A stretch of DNA of 64,000 nucleotides from Phoronis australis (lineage: Eukaryota; Animalia; Phoronida), in the NCBI GenBank assembly GCA_002633005.1, contig NMRA01000100.1, forward strand, positions 268,497 to 332,496. Direction: 5' to 3'. Below are positions 51,684 through 64,000 of this stretch, piece after piece. A program made the translations under genes and the position numbers. The first letter of the stretch is position 1, and every line of letters begins with the position of its first letter. The notes under the pieces are model-generated. The model had not been told where the DNA came from, searched no databases, and saw only the letters and a program-made list of their open reading frames with translations.

Positions 51684-53754
51684 TGACAGGTTTTCACGGA
51701 TTAATTAGCTTAGGTATTTACTGTATGTACATGTTTAGTTTAAAGTTATTAATTGTTGCCTCTTGACGTATGTTTAGCTTGGGTGTTTACTGCACATGTT
51801 CAGTTCAAGGTTATTAATGCTACCTCTTGATAAATATTTACAAATTATCCCAGCCCTAGCTAGTCTTCCCCATTGGTTAGTTTTATATTTGGCGCACATT
51901 CTGATTGGTCGAATAGGTTGACTTGCATGTTATATGTTACATCCTTATACTATCTCACCAGCAGCTTTTAAATACTGAACAGACGTGCTTTACTCTTCGA
52001 ACCACCTCGGGTTTTATTCATACACAATATAACACGCATCTTTTTGGTGCCGTGACCCTCAACTCTAGTCTCATGGATGTAAAACGGCTAACGGCAAAAC
52101 GGACTGCTCAGAAGGGGCAAATCACAACGCTACTCCATCGTCTCACCAACCTCCCGAACGACTCCCATCAAGCAACACCACTTCTAGATACCCTGAATGA
52201 TAAACTGGATGCTGTCAAGGACTTCAACGACTAAATTCACCAAGCCATAGAAAACGACGACCAATCTGCAGAGGAAATGCTCACCGATGATTCCTACGTT
52301 ACAGACATCCAAATGGCAATAGCTGAATTCAATTTCTCATCAGCACAGCAACCTCCACCAGCAATAGCGACGTCCTCAACACCCAACCACAGTTCTACAT
52401 CGTCTTCCACCTTTCGCCTGCCAACGTTACAACTGCAGAAATTTGGCGGAAATATCCTGGAATATCAAAAGTTTTGGGACCTGTATGAGGCCAGCGTACA
52501 CAACTTGCAGTCATTGCCACCGGTGCGAAAATTCGCATACCTCAAATCGCTGCTGGTGGCCGAAGCATTCCAACTCATCGATGGTCTCCCAATCGACAAC
52601 ACTAACTACGTCATCGCAATCCAACTCCTCCAAGAGCGGTATGGATGTACAGCGAAACTGCGAGCCAACCTCATCGAGTCCATTACAACACTGGACGTCC
52701 CGGACAACCACCCATCGACACTGCGCTCCTTCCACGACACGCTGGAAACCAAATTAAGACAACTCTCCGCTATCGGTACATACGATGGCAGTCTCCTTGT
52801 GCCAGTTCAGATGAGCAAACTGCCATTCTCCATCAAACGTTCGATCGCACGGCGCACCGACGGTAACCTGGACAGAACCCTCAACCAGCTACGAAACTTT
52901 CTGCGAATTGAACTCGATATTGTACTTGCATTCCATGACAACACGCCATCTGCAAGTGCATTCCATACGCATGTCAAACGGAACTGCAAACCACCACTGA
53001 AGTCATGCTTTTACTGTGTCAACAACTCCCACAAGACTATCGACTGCACTCAGTCACACGACCAGAAGCTCGCCAAAATCCGACACAGCAAAGCATGTTT
53101 TAACTGCCTGGGAAATCATATGGTCTCAGCATGCAAATCGCGTTTTCGATGTCGTACCTGTGGTAAGAAACACCACAGTAGTCTCTGTTCAGACGCCAAC
53201 AACACTGCACCTAACCAAACTAGGACCGCGCCCGTGACCGACCGTTCCTCTGGTAACCATGCTCACCACGACAACTCTCAGCGTGACAACACAAATGCCG
53301 CCGCATCAGTCACTCATCTTTCGTCATATAATACTGTACTCCTCAAGACCGCCACAGCATGCGTTAGCAATGCCCATCATCATTCGATGTCCACTAATAT
53401 TTTATTCGATGAAGGCATGACAGGTTCTCACGGGTTAATTAGCTTAGGTGTTTACTGTACATGTTTAGTTTAAAGTTATCAATTGTTGCCTCTTGACGTA
53501 TGTTTAGCTTGGGTGTTTACTGCACATGTTCAGTTCAAGGTTATTATTGCTACCTCTTGACATATATTTACAAATGATCCCAGCCCTAGCTAATCTTCCC
53601 CATTGGTTAGTTTTATATTTGGCGCACATTCTGATTGGTCGAATAGGTTGACTTATACGATCTCACCAGTAGGTTTTAAATACATCAAACGAACAGAAGT
53701 GCTTTACTCTTCGAACCACCTCGGGTTTTATTCATACACAATATAACCCACGTA
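51684..53754 (+). mobile_element. BEL/Pao LTR retrotransposon, internally deleted (LTR-PBS-gag-LTR)
   Basis: Direct repeats about 51684-52038 and 53418-53754; PBS TGGTGCCGTGACC at 52045 (complementary to the tRNA-His 3' end); gag ORF between; no pol, PPT or clear TSD. Confidence 0.9.
52073..53417 (+). pseudogene. BEL/Pao gag (DUF1759 + CCHC knuckles) with the start of the aspartic protease; one internal stop
   Basis: RLPTLQLQKFGGNILEYQKFWDLYEASVH..KFAYLKSLL..NY..AIQLLQERYG; CFYC..H...C, CFNCLGNH....C, CRTCGKKHHSSLC; VLLKTA..ILFDEG then LTR; TAA at 52232-52234. Confidence 0.9.
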
Positions 53755-54560
53755 TGGTCGGAAAGTTAAATTACCCAAGAAGTTTGGAAATTTTTCTTTG
53801 TAATTTCAGACTGGATTGACAGGCGTAGAGCAAAATAGTCACCTTATCAAGACTTAACTGCTAGAGTGCACCTTGATAGTTACAGTTGTACGTGTTTCAG
53901 TTTGGTAGGATATCTGAAGTACCAGTACTTGTGACCGAGCTATGTGCTTTCCATTAACGTCGACACTTGGGTGTAGACGGGGATCATCGGTCTGTGGGAA
54001 CGTTGGGTAGAAAGTAACACCTCAAATTTACTTGGTATTAAACCGGGGATCAAACAGTGAGCCGTCAACCCGTTGCTACAGTGTTAACGCTCAACCATCG
54101 AACCTACAGTTACAGAAACGTAAAGTACCTCAAACTGCCAGAAATGTTTTCCTTTCAAAAGCAACTTTCCTTACCAGGAGGAGGGATCTGATAGCAAACG
54201 CCCAAAAGCCCTCGAGCATCAGGGGCGCTCGTTCGCTACCACTTGTTACCGAGTCATCCGAATGTGACTTTTGTTTATTTTTTACCCTTTTAATTTCCAC
54301 GTTGTTCAACATCCATTCCACTGTAACAGTCGTACTCCTGCCCTGAGACAGAGCCGTAAATACCTGACTGAGGTTGTATCGATTGCATAAGCGGGGTGTA
54401 TTTACATTTGGCTCTAGTCGCATTGGGAGTTTACTTTCCGCACAGCTTAGTCAAACACTCCCCTGTGCAACTGGAGTCCAGTACTTGGGCTGAAAAACAG
54501 TTGTTTTGGCGTCAAACTATGCTTAAATTTATTGCGTAACTCACGAGTGTAGTTCCTTTC

Positions 54561-56027
54561 TTAAAGTGGTAGTTTGAAAGCTATTATATTGTAGTTAATA
54601 TGTATACGCATGTGTTGAATGTTAATAAAGTTTTCTTTTGAACCACATTTCTTTTTATTTACATTTCTTTTTATTTCATCCCGTAAATTCCTCCATAATT
54701 CGTTTAAAAAACGCTCCCACTTCCCCACAAAATTTTGAGAACACAAAATTTTCAACTTCGGCTATCTTCGAAAAAACGTCACTATAGGGAGGTGACCCGA
54801 TCATTGCCGAGTCTGTCCATAGTATTGTTGTGTGCCAAGAGGAGTACTTTTCTTTTTTCGAATTTAAACATTTTTAAATTAAACTGGAGTAAATATTTGA
54901 AGAAGAATGATGCTGGACCGGTGTGTAGTTGGAGGCTGTAACAACACGCCGTGGGCTGGGGTATCTTTGCACAAGTTTCCCACTGATTCAAGACTGCGTC
55001 ACAAGTGGGAAGACTTTGTGAAGTCCACAAGTGAAGCGTCGCCGTATACGGTAGTATGTAGCGAACATATTTCTATGGACTGCTTCGAGAACAAAAGCCA
55101 GCGATCCGAGTATAGTTGTAAATCAGGATAAGTGAACTTTTAGACAGTATTCGAAACGCTACATAACGTCCCTTTGCGGAAGCTGGTAGGCCTTGGGCTA
55201 GTATTGAACCTAACATTCAAAATGGCGGATAGCATCGACGGACACTGTCGGACAGCATTAGTGCTAGAAGTAGCCACTAGATTGCTTTTCTTTTGATTTA
55301 CGGTTTTTGCAACATATGTGTTTGTAGGTGGATGTTCTGAATAGCTTGATGCTCGTTACCTGTCGATGCAATCCATTAAATTTTAGCCTAGTTGATCGCT
55401 TGCTGGACTGAATGAACAGTAAGAGTAGGGCGGTTGAACCAAATAGGAAAGATAATGCATCCCAATCAGTAAATCAATAGAAATTGAAAAATTATCAAAA
55501 TCGCGTTAAGCAGTGCAAAGTTATTGCAATTTTTGTACCGAAATTTGGGTAATTTGTTAGGATCGGGTCGGCCATCTTGGACGACAGCGGTTACGATTTG
55601 AAACCGTGTATAAAATATTTTCGCCAATAATTTACGATGAAATTTAGTGAGAAATATCTATACCTAATATTCTGAGCGATTCAACAGTTTTCAATAGATT
55701 TCCGCCACGCAGATGTTACTTATTGCGTGATAAATGTGCTCGCAATTCCCGTTGGACTGTCACTTCCGGCGACACCGACATGGCGACTAACGCTGAACAG
55801 AAGGGTATGTTCAATCGGCTATTTTGTTCTTGGTGAAGATTTAACTTTGATACATTTTGATGAAAGCTGCTATACAAAAGCAATTTTGCGCAATGTTTAC
55901 GTTTTTGTGCAAAAAGTATAAGGGATATTCTAATTATTGCAGTGTGAATATCCCATTCAGTTGACCATACACTCAACTTAAAAATTGTTGAAATAGTTTT
56001 GAAATAGTTTTACTAATTTCGCTTCAA
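54561..56027 (+). mobile_element. Probable Kolobok-like element with a complete THAP zinc finger (54907-55131)
   Basis: RCVVGGCNN...VSLHKFPTDSRLRHKWEDFV...VVCSEH..DCF is C2CH THAP. Starts ttaa|agtggtag; weakly matching right end near 56000-56027; internal part shared with 590-1000. Confidence 0.55.
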
Positions 56028-59000
56028 GGTTTGATGACGTGTCACGACATAATTCATATTTTTCCAAATTTTACGTAGAAATCGTTCTTTTAATACACGC
56101 GCAGTAACTTTTTGCTTTCTTAATTCAAGTTATCATGGCAACAAAGTGTAAAGACCCTTACTTACAGTAATAGGCTGTGATGGATTGTGGAGCTTCAAGC
56201 CTCCAATCCTTGTTTCTTGCAATTTCTTATTTTATAAATCATGCTTGTCGAATTTTAATGTCAAGAAACACCTGGTCGCCATGGTAATAATTAGGCAAGT
56301 CCACTTTCATATCATGTAAATTTGTCGTGTTTTTGGATAACGTTTGTAATGCTTAAATGTTTTAAAGTACTGTGCATTATAAGGTACTTATTTTGCTACA
56401 AGATTAGATCATTTTGGCTTACATATCGTGTTTACTGTATACTGAGATTAGTTTAGTTTAGACGTATGTACAGTAGATGTAACCTTCAACAACCTTGAAA
56501 GTCTTTTATTTAATTTGAATGATTAAATCATAATCGTCTTCTAGTTTGTTCTTTCATTTTTATGACTCATTGACCAAAGCATGAAAGATTTAGCTTGCCA
56601 TAATGAACGCCTGTAATATGTTCACTGGCATCTACAGGTAATATTTCTTGATGCCAGCCCTGGGTTTATCATCATTTCAACAGATTAACACATGAATATA
56701 AAAAACAAAAGTTCCATTTAAGCGTTTATGCAATTCTGTCATTTTGATTACCACCTCCACTCAAATTTCAATTACATATATGGTTCAGTTAGAAGGTGAC
56801 ATCATTTCTACTCACTGTTGAAGAATAAAAAAGTTAAAACTGTAAGCTTTATCACCTTTGGCACACTCGTCTTTACATTTCGTGGGCAAAAAACAATTGA
56901 GTTATGCCAACACATAGAACTGAAAGGAAATATCTTATGAAGCAAGCAAAATACTGAAGAGTTGACTGCCTGTAGCCAGTGAGCTCATCTGATTGCAATA
57001 ACACAACTGTCTCCCTGGTCTGACATTACAGATGTTTATGTAACCGTGTAAGCCTGTTTCTCGGCTGAAGTCGGATAAGGTCATCACCGCTGGGCTTTTC
57101 TAATTAACTACGCTTCGCGGACAAGAACTGTCCTGTGCAACAGATGATACAATATGCAATTCTTTGTGTTGAAAAGCAGTTGTTTTGGTGTCAAGCAATG
57201 TCTTTAAAACACCAATTCTGCAGTTTTGTGTATATAACTGCGTAGACTTATCGAAAAGTAGCCAGTACTCAGCTCTGTTTTAAGGGTTGGTTCACCGACT
57301 CGTGGAAAAGGTCTTACGAATGCTCGAAACATTTACGCTCGTCATTTTACGAGCGTGACAGACGAGCGTAAGTTTAAAGGCGTACCGCCACTTTTCACAC
57401 GAGACGTGACCTAGCTGCAACATAACTTCTCATTGGGCATGGCGATTACGCTCGTAAAACGTTGGAGTGAAAAGTGACAACGCCCGTAACCTACGAACAA
57501 CACTTTCCCTCTCGCTGGTTCCCTGCGTGCCGCTAGATGGGGCGGTAGCCCTGGCTGGGCAAAGCACGCAGGGAAACAGCCAGCACTTTCTCTCCGACAA
57601 TAAACCCCAGTTGTCGCGTTACAATGGCCTCCAATAACACTTTTTCGGGTCACAAATCTTGGCAATGAATAGCCATGCCGTAACAAAGACCGGTTTGGCC
57701 AAAGTCAGCCGGAGGTTGTTTCACTACTGTTTATATAAATCTAGTCCATGTGTACATTATGCAACACCGAAGATGGCTGAAGCATTGCTGGGAAAAGTCC
57801 TGGACATCGGTCATTTACCCCGAAACAGGGAGTGAAAGAAAGATATTTGCAGTTTTTGAGCAGTTTAAGATAATTTATTATGTTTGATGGAGAATATTGA
57901 GTTTAAAGATCAGTAGACGTGGCTTGGTCCATTACCGCGTTTAGATAGAACTCAAAATGACACGAACAACACTGAAGTAGTGCGAGGTAGCACGATAAAA
58001 AACATGGAGTGCGTTCTTGTTTCCTTGTTATTCAGTACATATAATATATCATTCTAACTTAAGTATCCTGTAAGAAGTATAATACTCCAAAGACTAGTGT
58101 ACTGTGTGTAGGATAAAGTTAGCATCGGTGCTACGCATTACTACGAAGAATAACACCAGGTCAGTTAATGTGCGTAAGACTGAGTGAGCTTAATAACGGT
58201 GTTGCCGTTAAAGACAGACATCCACGTGGAATTTTAAGTAAAAGACAATTATTTTGGAGAGGGGATCAGACTGTTCCTTTACGATTGAGAGGGCTAGCCT
58301 CCGATGGTAAGCTGAGGGACTCCATTTAACAACAAATCGTGAGCCAGAATAACGGATCAGAACCGGCGTCTAGTCTCTGCTAGGAACTAGTCTCATTTAT
58401 GTAGTAAGCCAACACCGAAATGTATTATCCCCATGTTCGACATTTTCAGATGAAAAAAGCCACATTATCTTGTTTTAATGGCCGTCAAATGCAATGCTAA
58501 GCGACCATTAATTTTATACTTTTCGGATAACTGGGCATCATTTTGTTCCGTTTTCCGCTTTCGAGCCGGAATCAAGAAATGGCAGTTCTTGGTGACTGAG
58601 CCTACAGTTGAACGAGATAGCCTTGCCACCTGGTGACAGGGAAGCAGTCAAGCCAAGACCGAAATGTTAAAACCGTCCACTGCAAGTCCGTAATGATAAA
58701 GAAAACACTTGGTGTGAACGGTATAACTTTAGCACAGGTAGCGAGGGTGGTTTTGCGAGCAGTGGTAACGGGTATAAGCAGTTGTCAAGCATTTTAGTTA
58801 GTAGTAGCAAAAACGTCAATAGTGTTAATGGTACTTTACTGACGCCTACTCAACCCAAATGTGCTTCCGGGCCCAGCGTGGATTTCGCAGACGCAAAATT
58901 TATTATTTTTATTTATTTGTTTGTATTTTATTCAAGACATATGCATTTAAGTAAAAACTTTTTTTTGACTTTGAATGGAAGTTTTAAAAATATTGTTCCT

Positions 59001-60955
59001 CCAATAATATTGGTCTTTTTTCAACATGTTGACAACGGTATTTTCGAGAAAATCGTGTCTCAGATTTTTGAAATATTTAATTATCGACTGTTGAAAGCAT
59101 TTTGAACAAAAACGGCCGTACTCTTGATTTTTTAAAGGCTTCATTCCGAAAAACTAAGCCTTCCTAAGTCACGCGAGTTGACTAGCGTGTTCACCACGAA
59201 CTAGTGGTAGCGCACTATACGCAGACAGCTACATTACAAATGCGTTGCCGTTAGCAAGCGAACATCAACTAAAAGTAAAATAAAATTGCAGTGATGAGGG
59301 GACCAGTCTGTGCCGATGTTGAGAGGAACTGCATTCGTTACTGGATCGAATCTCACACTCCTTGGTAATGGATTAGGCTTGTGAAATTCAATCCCAACAG
59401 TGTTTCTGGAACGAACCATTAAAGAATGCTCTATTCATGGATGCTCCCAGCAAACAGGCCCCTTTTTCTAACCCATTACCAAAATGAGAGGTGTCATAAT
59501 TTTTCATCCGCACCCCCTTCAAAATATAGTCGCCTACTTCATGCCGACAACCAAGTGGTAAGAAATGGCTGTAGAAGTTGGACGGCAATGGCAATATTGT
59601 ATTTTAAGAGCTGCCAATAATTTGTTCATTAGCTGCAGGCCTGATTAAAATGTTCTCCACTTTATAAGAGCTTCGAAAAATATTCCCAAAATCTTGTGTT
59701 CCAAAACTTTTAAGCACTTCAGTCACATTTTCAATTACTATTTATTCAAGATAATACTTTTCATTTACGTTCTGACGTTCACTTTATATACCTTTTGCTG
59801 TTTAAACGTCTTTTACAGCTTAAAAATTAGTTGTGATAATCAGTTTTGAATTTTACTCAGTGGAACCAAAAGTGCAGTAGTTGAACCATTGCAAGGTGTT
59901 TGTATTATAACAATTTCTTTATGCATGCCGACAGAGGGACACGCTCGCTCGAACACATTCAATATATGTTCTTTGTCTGAGTCTACACCAAACGCTTGGA
60001 CGGTTTCAATGGGTGAAGTTATAAGCAGACCAGATATGTCTGCTGACAATTACTGTCAAATAGTAACCAAAGAAGAATTTCATATAATGACTCTCACAAG
60101 TGTTATTAGAAAAAAGCTCACCTTTTTTAAAAGGTGATGTTAAAACATCATCATAGTAAGTCTCATTTTGTTTTACAATGAACGGAGAATTTTTTGTTTC
60201 ACTCAGGCGTTTTGATCCCGCTGGACGAAACCAAAAATTTAATGAACGAATTGTATGTAATATAATACAATTATGAAATAAATGGGTGACACCACCTTGT
60301 TCAAAGCAACTGCACTCTGGACGAAAACTACAGAATTGAGTGTGCGACAAAATAATATTTAAGTTGTTTCTGGTCCGGTCTCCATCAACCTGATGCAATC
60401 TCCGAACTTCAATTCAAACTTCAACTTAGTTGTATATTTTCTGTTCTACTTAACTGTTAATCTAAGAATAATGGTTTGAACCATGTCTGAAGCCTGCGTC
60501 TAGGGGTCATCAAGTGCAAACTTAAGATTATGAACTCGTGTAGATAAAACAAAACCTACTCAAGCACAGTAAGACACATTTCTTGAGTTCTTCGTAACGA
60601 AATGGCATTGAAAATTGTAAACATAGATAGTGCATTTAGAACAGACTTTTGAGTTTGAACTCAAAATTGCAAAACAGCATGTCATTTTGTGTCACGCCCA
60701 CAGCGCAGTACTAAATCACCTAATCAACACAGGGCAGTCAAGGTTTTGTTTCATCAGCTAAAAAAAGCCCCCAGCCAGCTACTCAAAATATAACTGCTTC
60801 CTGTATGATATCATCCGTGCAAATTTTACAAAACAAAACGAATAACGTGACATGCACCATATCACTCTCAAACTGAACAGTTTTTGTTTGAAGACCCACA
60901 ACTTCACACGCATCACTTGTGTCACGTTTTTCCCCGTGTGTGGGTGGGCGCAGGT

Positions 60956-61707
60956 TGTTACAGACCGGTGCTACTAGCTTTCGGTGCGAAGATTGACTGA
61001 AGACTGGTTCGAGTTAATCCTTTATTAATCTCGACCGTACGTTCACAAGCCTACTCAAACAAAACGTCCGACGTAATGTCTGTTTATGCTCCAGCCAGTG
61101 CTGCGAAGCCTTGACTTGTATTGAACTTCTGAGATACTTCCAGCAACTGTTACACTCGATTCAATAACCTGCTGTCTCTATAGCTGGCTCTCTATTGACT
61201 ATCGCTGTAACTGCTGATTCTCTTGACTGCAACTCAACTGTAGTTCTCTTGACTAACTTGCTTGAACTTACTTGATCTCTCAACTTGATCTTCTTGGGCT
61301 CAACTCACTTAATCTTCTTGGACTCAAGTGACTTAAACTGACTAACACAAACCCGTGCTTGTGTATTTATAGCCTAATGCATTGTTCTGGAACTTTTCAT
61401 CAATTCAAGCACATACCAGAACTTTCTGGAACCTACCCAATCTTTCTACAAACATGTACTAGTCTCTAGAATATTCCAGACTTCATCAATCACTGTCATG
61501 CTACAGTCTTCTAGAAAGTTCCACACTATACTGTAGTAAACAAATTACATCATCACTGTTCTGACCTCAGTCTTCTAGAAAGTTCCATACTATTCTGTAG
61601 TAAACAAATTACATCATCATTGTACTTAACTCAGGGGTCATGCAAATCAAACTGAATAACAAAACAAAACAATACAACTAATAATAATGTCAGACTATAT
61701 TCTGACA
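60956..61707 (-). mobile_element. Solo LTR (about 750 bp)
   Basis: Minus strand reads TGTCAG...TAACA, with U3-type tandem repeats (tctagaaagttcca...catcatca twice), TATAAATA and a downstream AATAAA in the expected order; no direct TSD. Confidence 0.75.
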
Positions 61708-62084
61708 ACCTGACGACGTCTAGTACTGGCATGTTACTTTCATGGAGATGTTTAGAAGTTGTGTGGCAAAATGGGATGTCTTTTTAAAAATCCCGATTTT
61801 TAAAGAACATTTTTGTTATCGTTGCTAAGGCCTTTTTCAATTGAATATTAGAACAATGCACCAAAATTTATTTCATTTCCTTCAAATGAGCTTTTTCTCA
61901 AACAAATACATGTTTTTGTTTAAGTAAGAAAATTCAAATGGTTAAGACGGCAACAAGTGCTGCATTTTGCCTTTCAAACTTTTTGGGTGAAAAGAGTTGG
62001 ATTAATCGCCCAGTCTATTATTTGACTGCAAGCGAAGTATGCTGCACACCTTTAAATTAAGAGTACAAAGGCTGGCCCAGGGAC

Positions 62085-62491
62085 CTGGGCCCGGTCTCCA
62101 ATCTTTTTACTCGAAATGGAACTCGAAATTAGGTTTGGCATTTTCTACTCTACTTTTGGGTGAACTCAAGATAAGTATCTATTATTCTAGGCTCGAGTAC
62201 ACAATAACTTACGTAGATAATTTATTGCCCTTAGTTCACAGTTTGTAAACCCAATATTAAAGCAATAAGTTCGAGTTTGAACTCGAAATTTCGAGTTTTT
62301 ACTCGAGTTAATAGCACGAATATAAGGGTCTTCAAGGGCAAACTTGAACTAGAAACTCCTATGCATAAACTATAATGTATTCGAGCACAGTCTGATAACC
62401 AATTATCTTAAGTTCGCACAAAAGGAGCAGAGAAATTGCCAAAAATAGTTTTGAGTTCGTTTCGAGTACAAAAATTAGAGACCGGGCCCTG
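62085..62491. mobile_element. Long-TIR MITE, copy of 30288-30700
   Basis: Near-identical along its length. Confidence 0.9.
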
Positions 62492-64000
62492 AACGATCGT
62501 CTTTCCATTCGAAAATTATTGTGAGCGGCATCTACTAGCATTTGAGGCAATATCCCGAATTTTGAGAACCAGTTTGGTGTCCGTTATTCTGAGAGCAGAA
62601 AACTGGTTCTCACCGATGCAACAGGGGAAATCCATGTGACAGCTCAGCAGGTTTTCCACATACTGGAGGCCTTAAGTTGCCCGCCTCAGCCATGTGACGT
62701 CACCCATATGTTCATAGCATGATACCTCATTTACGGCTGGTTACAACCAAAGATATAATATAATTACACCAAAGACTCGGTATACAACTTTGTTACAACG
62801 CAAGTTTCGGCCAGCAGTGTAGACGCAAGCTATGTGAACGATTGCAAGTATCACTTTTTTTCTGGCGCTTGGCTCCAAAATTCTACTGGCGCACGAAAAG
62901 GGGGCATGTGTTGATTTATCGTTAATCAATTTATTGCAGAGCAGGGTGAACGCGCTGTGACATCAATTTTCGCTTTAATAGAAATTCGGTTGAAGAGGAA
63001 GCAAACTAACTGCTAGTGAAAGGCATCGGTTTTTACGCGGACAGCACGCAAGTCTTCTCGATTTTATCGCTGTTATTGTGGTCTCCAATTGTTAGGGGGT
63101 GGAAAACAAAACAGTGCGCGAGTATTGGCTGGGATGAGTTTGATACGTGAATCGCGCACACATCAACATAGAGGCCATTTCCTATACACAACATCTTGTG
63201 AAATCAGTGGTGATAGGCATCTACCTTATTAAACAAAGTTAAAGTTTCTAAATATCTAAAATCAAAGGAGTCGGTTGAAATTCTTACGTCTTGTATGGAA
63301 TCAGTGAAGCGATGCGAAAACAGATCGTAGAAAGGCACACGACATTGCCTTATACACTTTTGCCTGCCGCGCCTCCTGGGTCAGTAGGCCTAGACTACTA
63401 CATATACACCGCCTGTGACCAAGACCCAGAGCGGAATTTAATTTGCATTTGGCAAAACTAAAATTCGCCGCACTGGTCGAGGGAAACGAAAGCGAGATAT
63501 ATATTTACCTGCGAGCGCCGCTGCCTCTTGCACAACGAAGGTCGTCGACGACACCAAGCTAGCCTCCATTTCGGCCGTTCACGGAAGACAGTGGATTGTT
63601 ATACAACCTAGGCGAGTCATCAAACCAACAGTCCTTTGTGTTGGTGTCACGAGTATGACATAAACTCATCGGCATGGCCATTTACTGCCAATATTCCAGC
63701 CTTCATTGCAGACCATGCCCAAAGTCCAATGTCGAGTTGACCCGCGCCGTTCAATGCGGTCAGGCTGGCGGAGGTCATGTAAACAAATCGAATGACATCA
63801 GTTTCTGCTCGGCTTATTGAAGGATTCGTACATGGATATTGAGTGTATTTGTTTGTTCGCTCCATTCAGCAACTGCTGTGCCGTAACTGCTAATCATTTC
63901 ACTGGGGTTGCTTACCGTACGGACACAACAGACGCTCGGCGAGAAAATCTAGCGCGATCATGTGGTAACGCATGCACGATGTCTCGCAAAGACATGCACG

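Noticed and set aside
54130-54423. 97-aa minus ORF with protein-like composition
   Set aside because: No family motif and no consistent splice partners found.
59230-60400. Cluster of short minus-strand ORFs suggesting a decayed coding region
   Set aside because: Many stops and no recognisable domain; cannot be distinguished from background.

Overview
Repeat-rich animal (invertebrate, probably lophotrochozoan-type) nuclear DNA with spliceosomal introns and three assembly gaps. There are three host genes. (1) Two consecutive FANCM helicase exons on + (10529-10735, 11603-11819); no other FANCM exons are recognisable in the window. (2) A four-exon SLC16/MCT-family transporter on - (36596-28235, 450 aa from the local ATG). 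(3) A four-exon gene on - (22851-21040) that the ORF track misses because every exon is under 60 codons. It has phase-compatible GT-AG introns, encodes a 141-aa helical/coiled-coil protein loosely reminiscent of synaptonemal-complex proteins (SYCP2/SYCP3/TEX12), and has CRE sites just upstream. The intron between the FANCM exons holds a 54-bp minisatellite built from the downstream splice acceptor, and its best copies carry an in-frame stop. The rest is transposon debris: an Academ (XPG-type) remnant, Penelope-like fragments, a gag-only BEL/Pao element with a tRNA-His PBS, a solo LTR, HERO-like LINE and Gypsy fragments, hAT-type elements with 5-bp TSDs, TTAA-flanked Kolobok-like elements with THAP domains, a Helentron-associated HINE and several MITEs. 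All family assignments come from motif recognition by eye, not from database searches.
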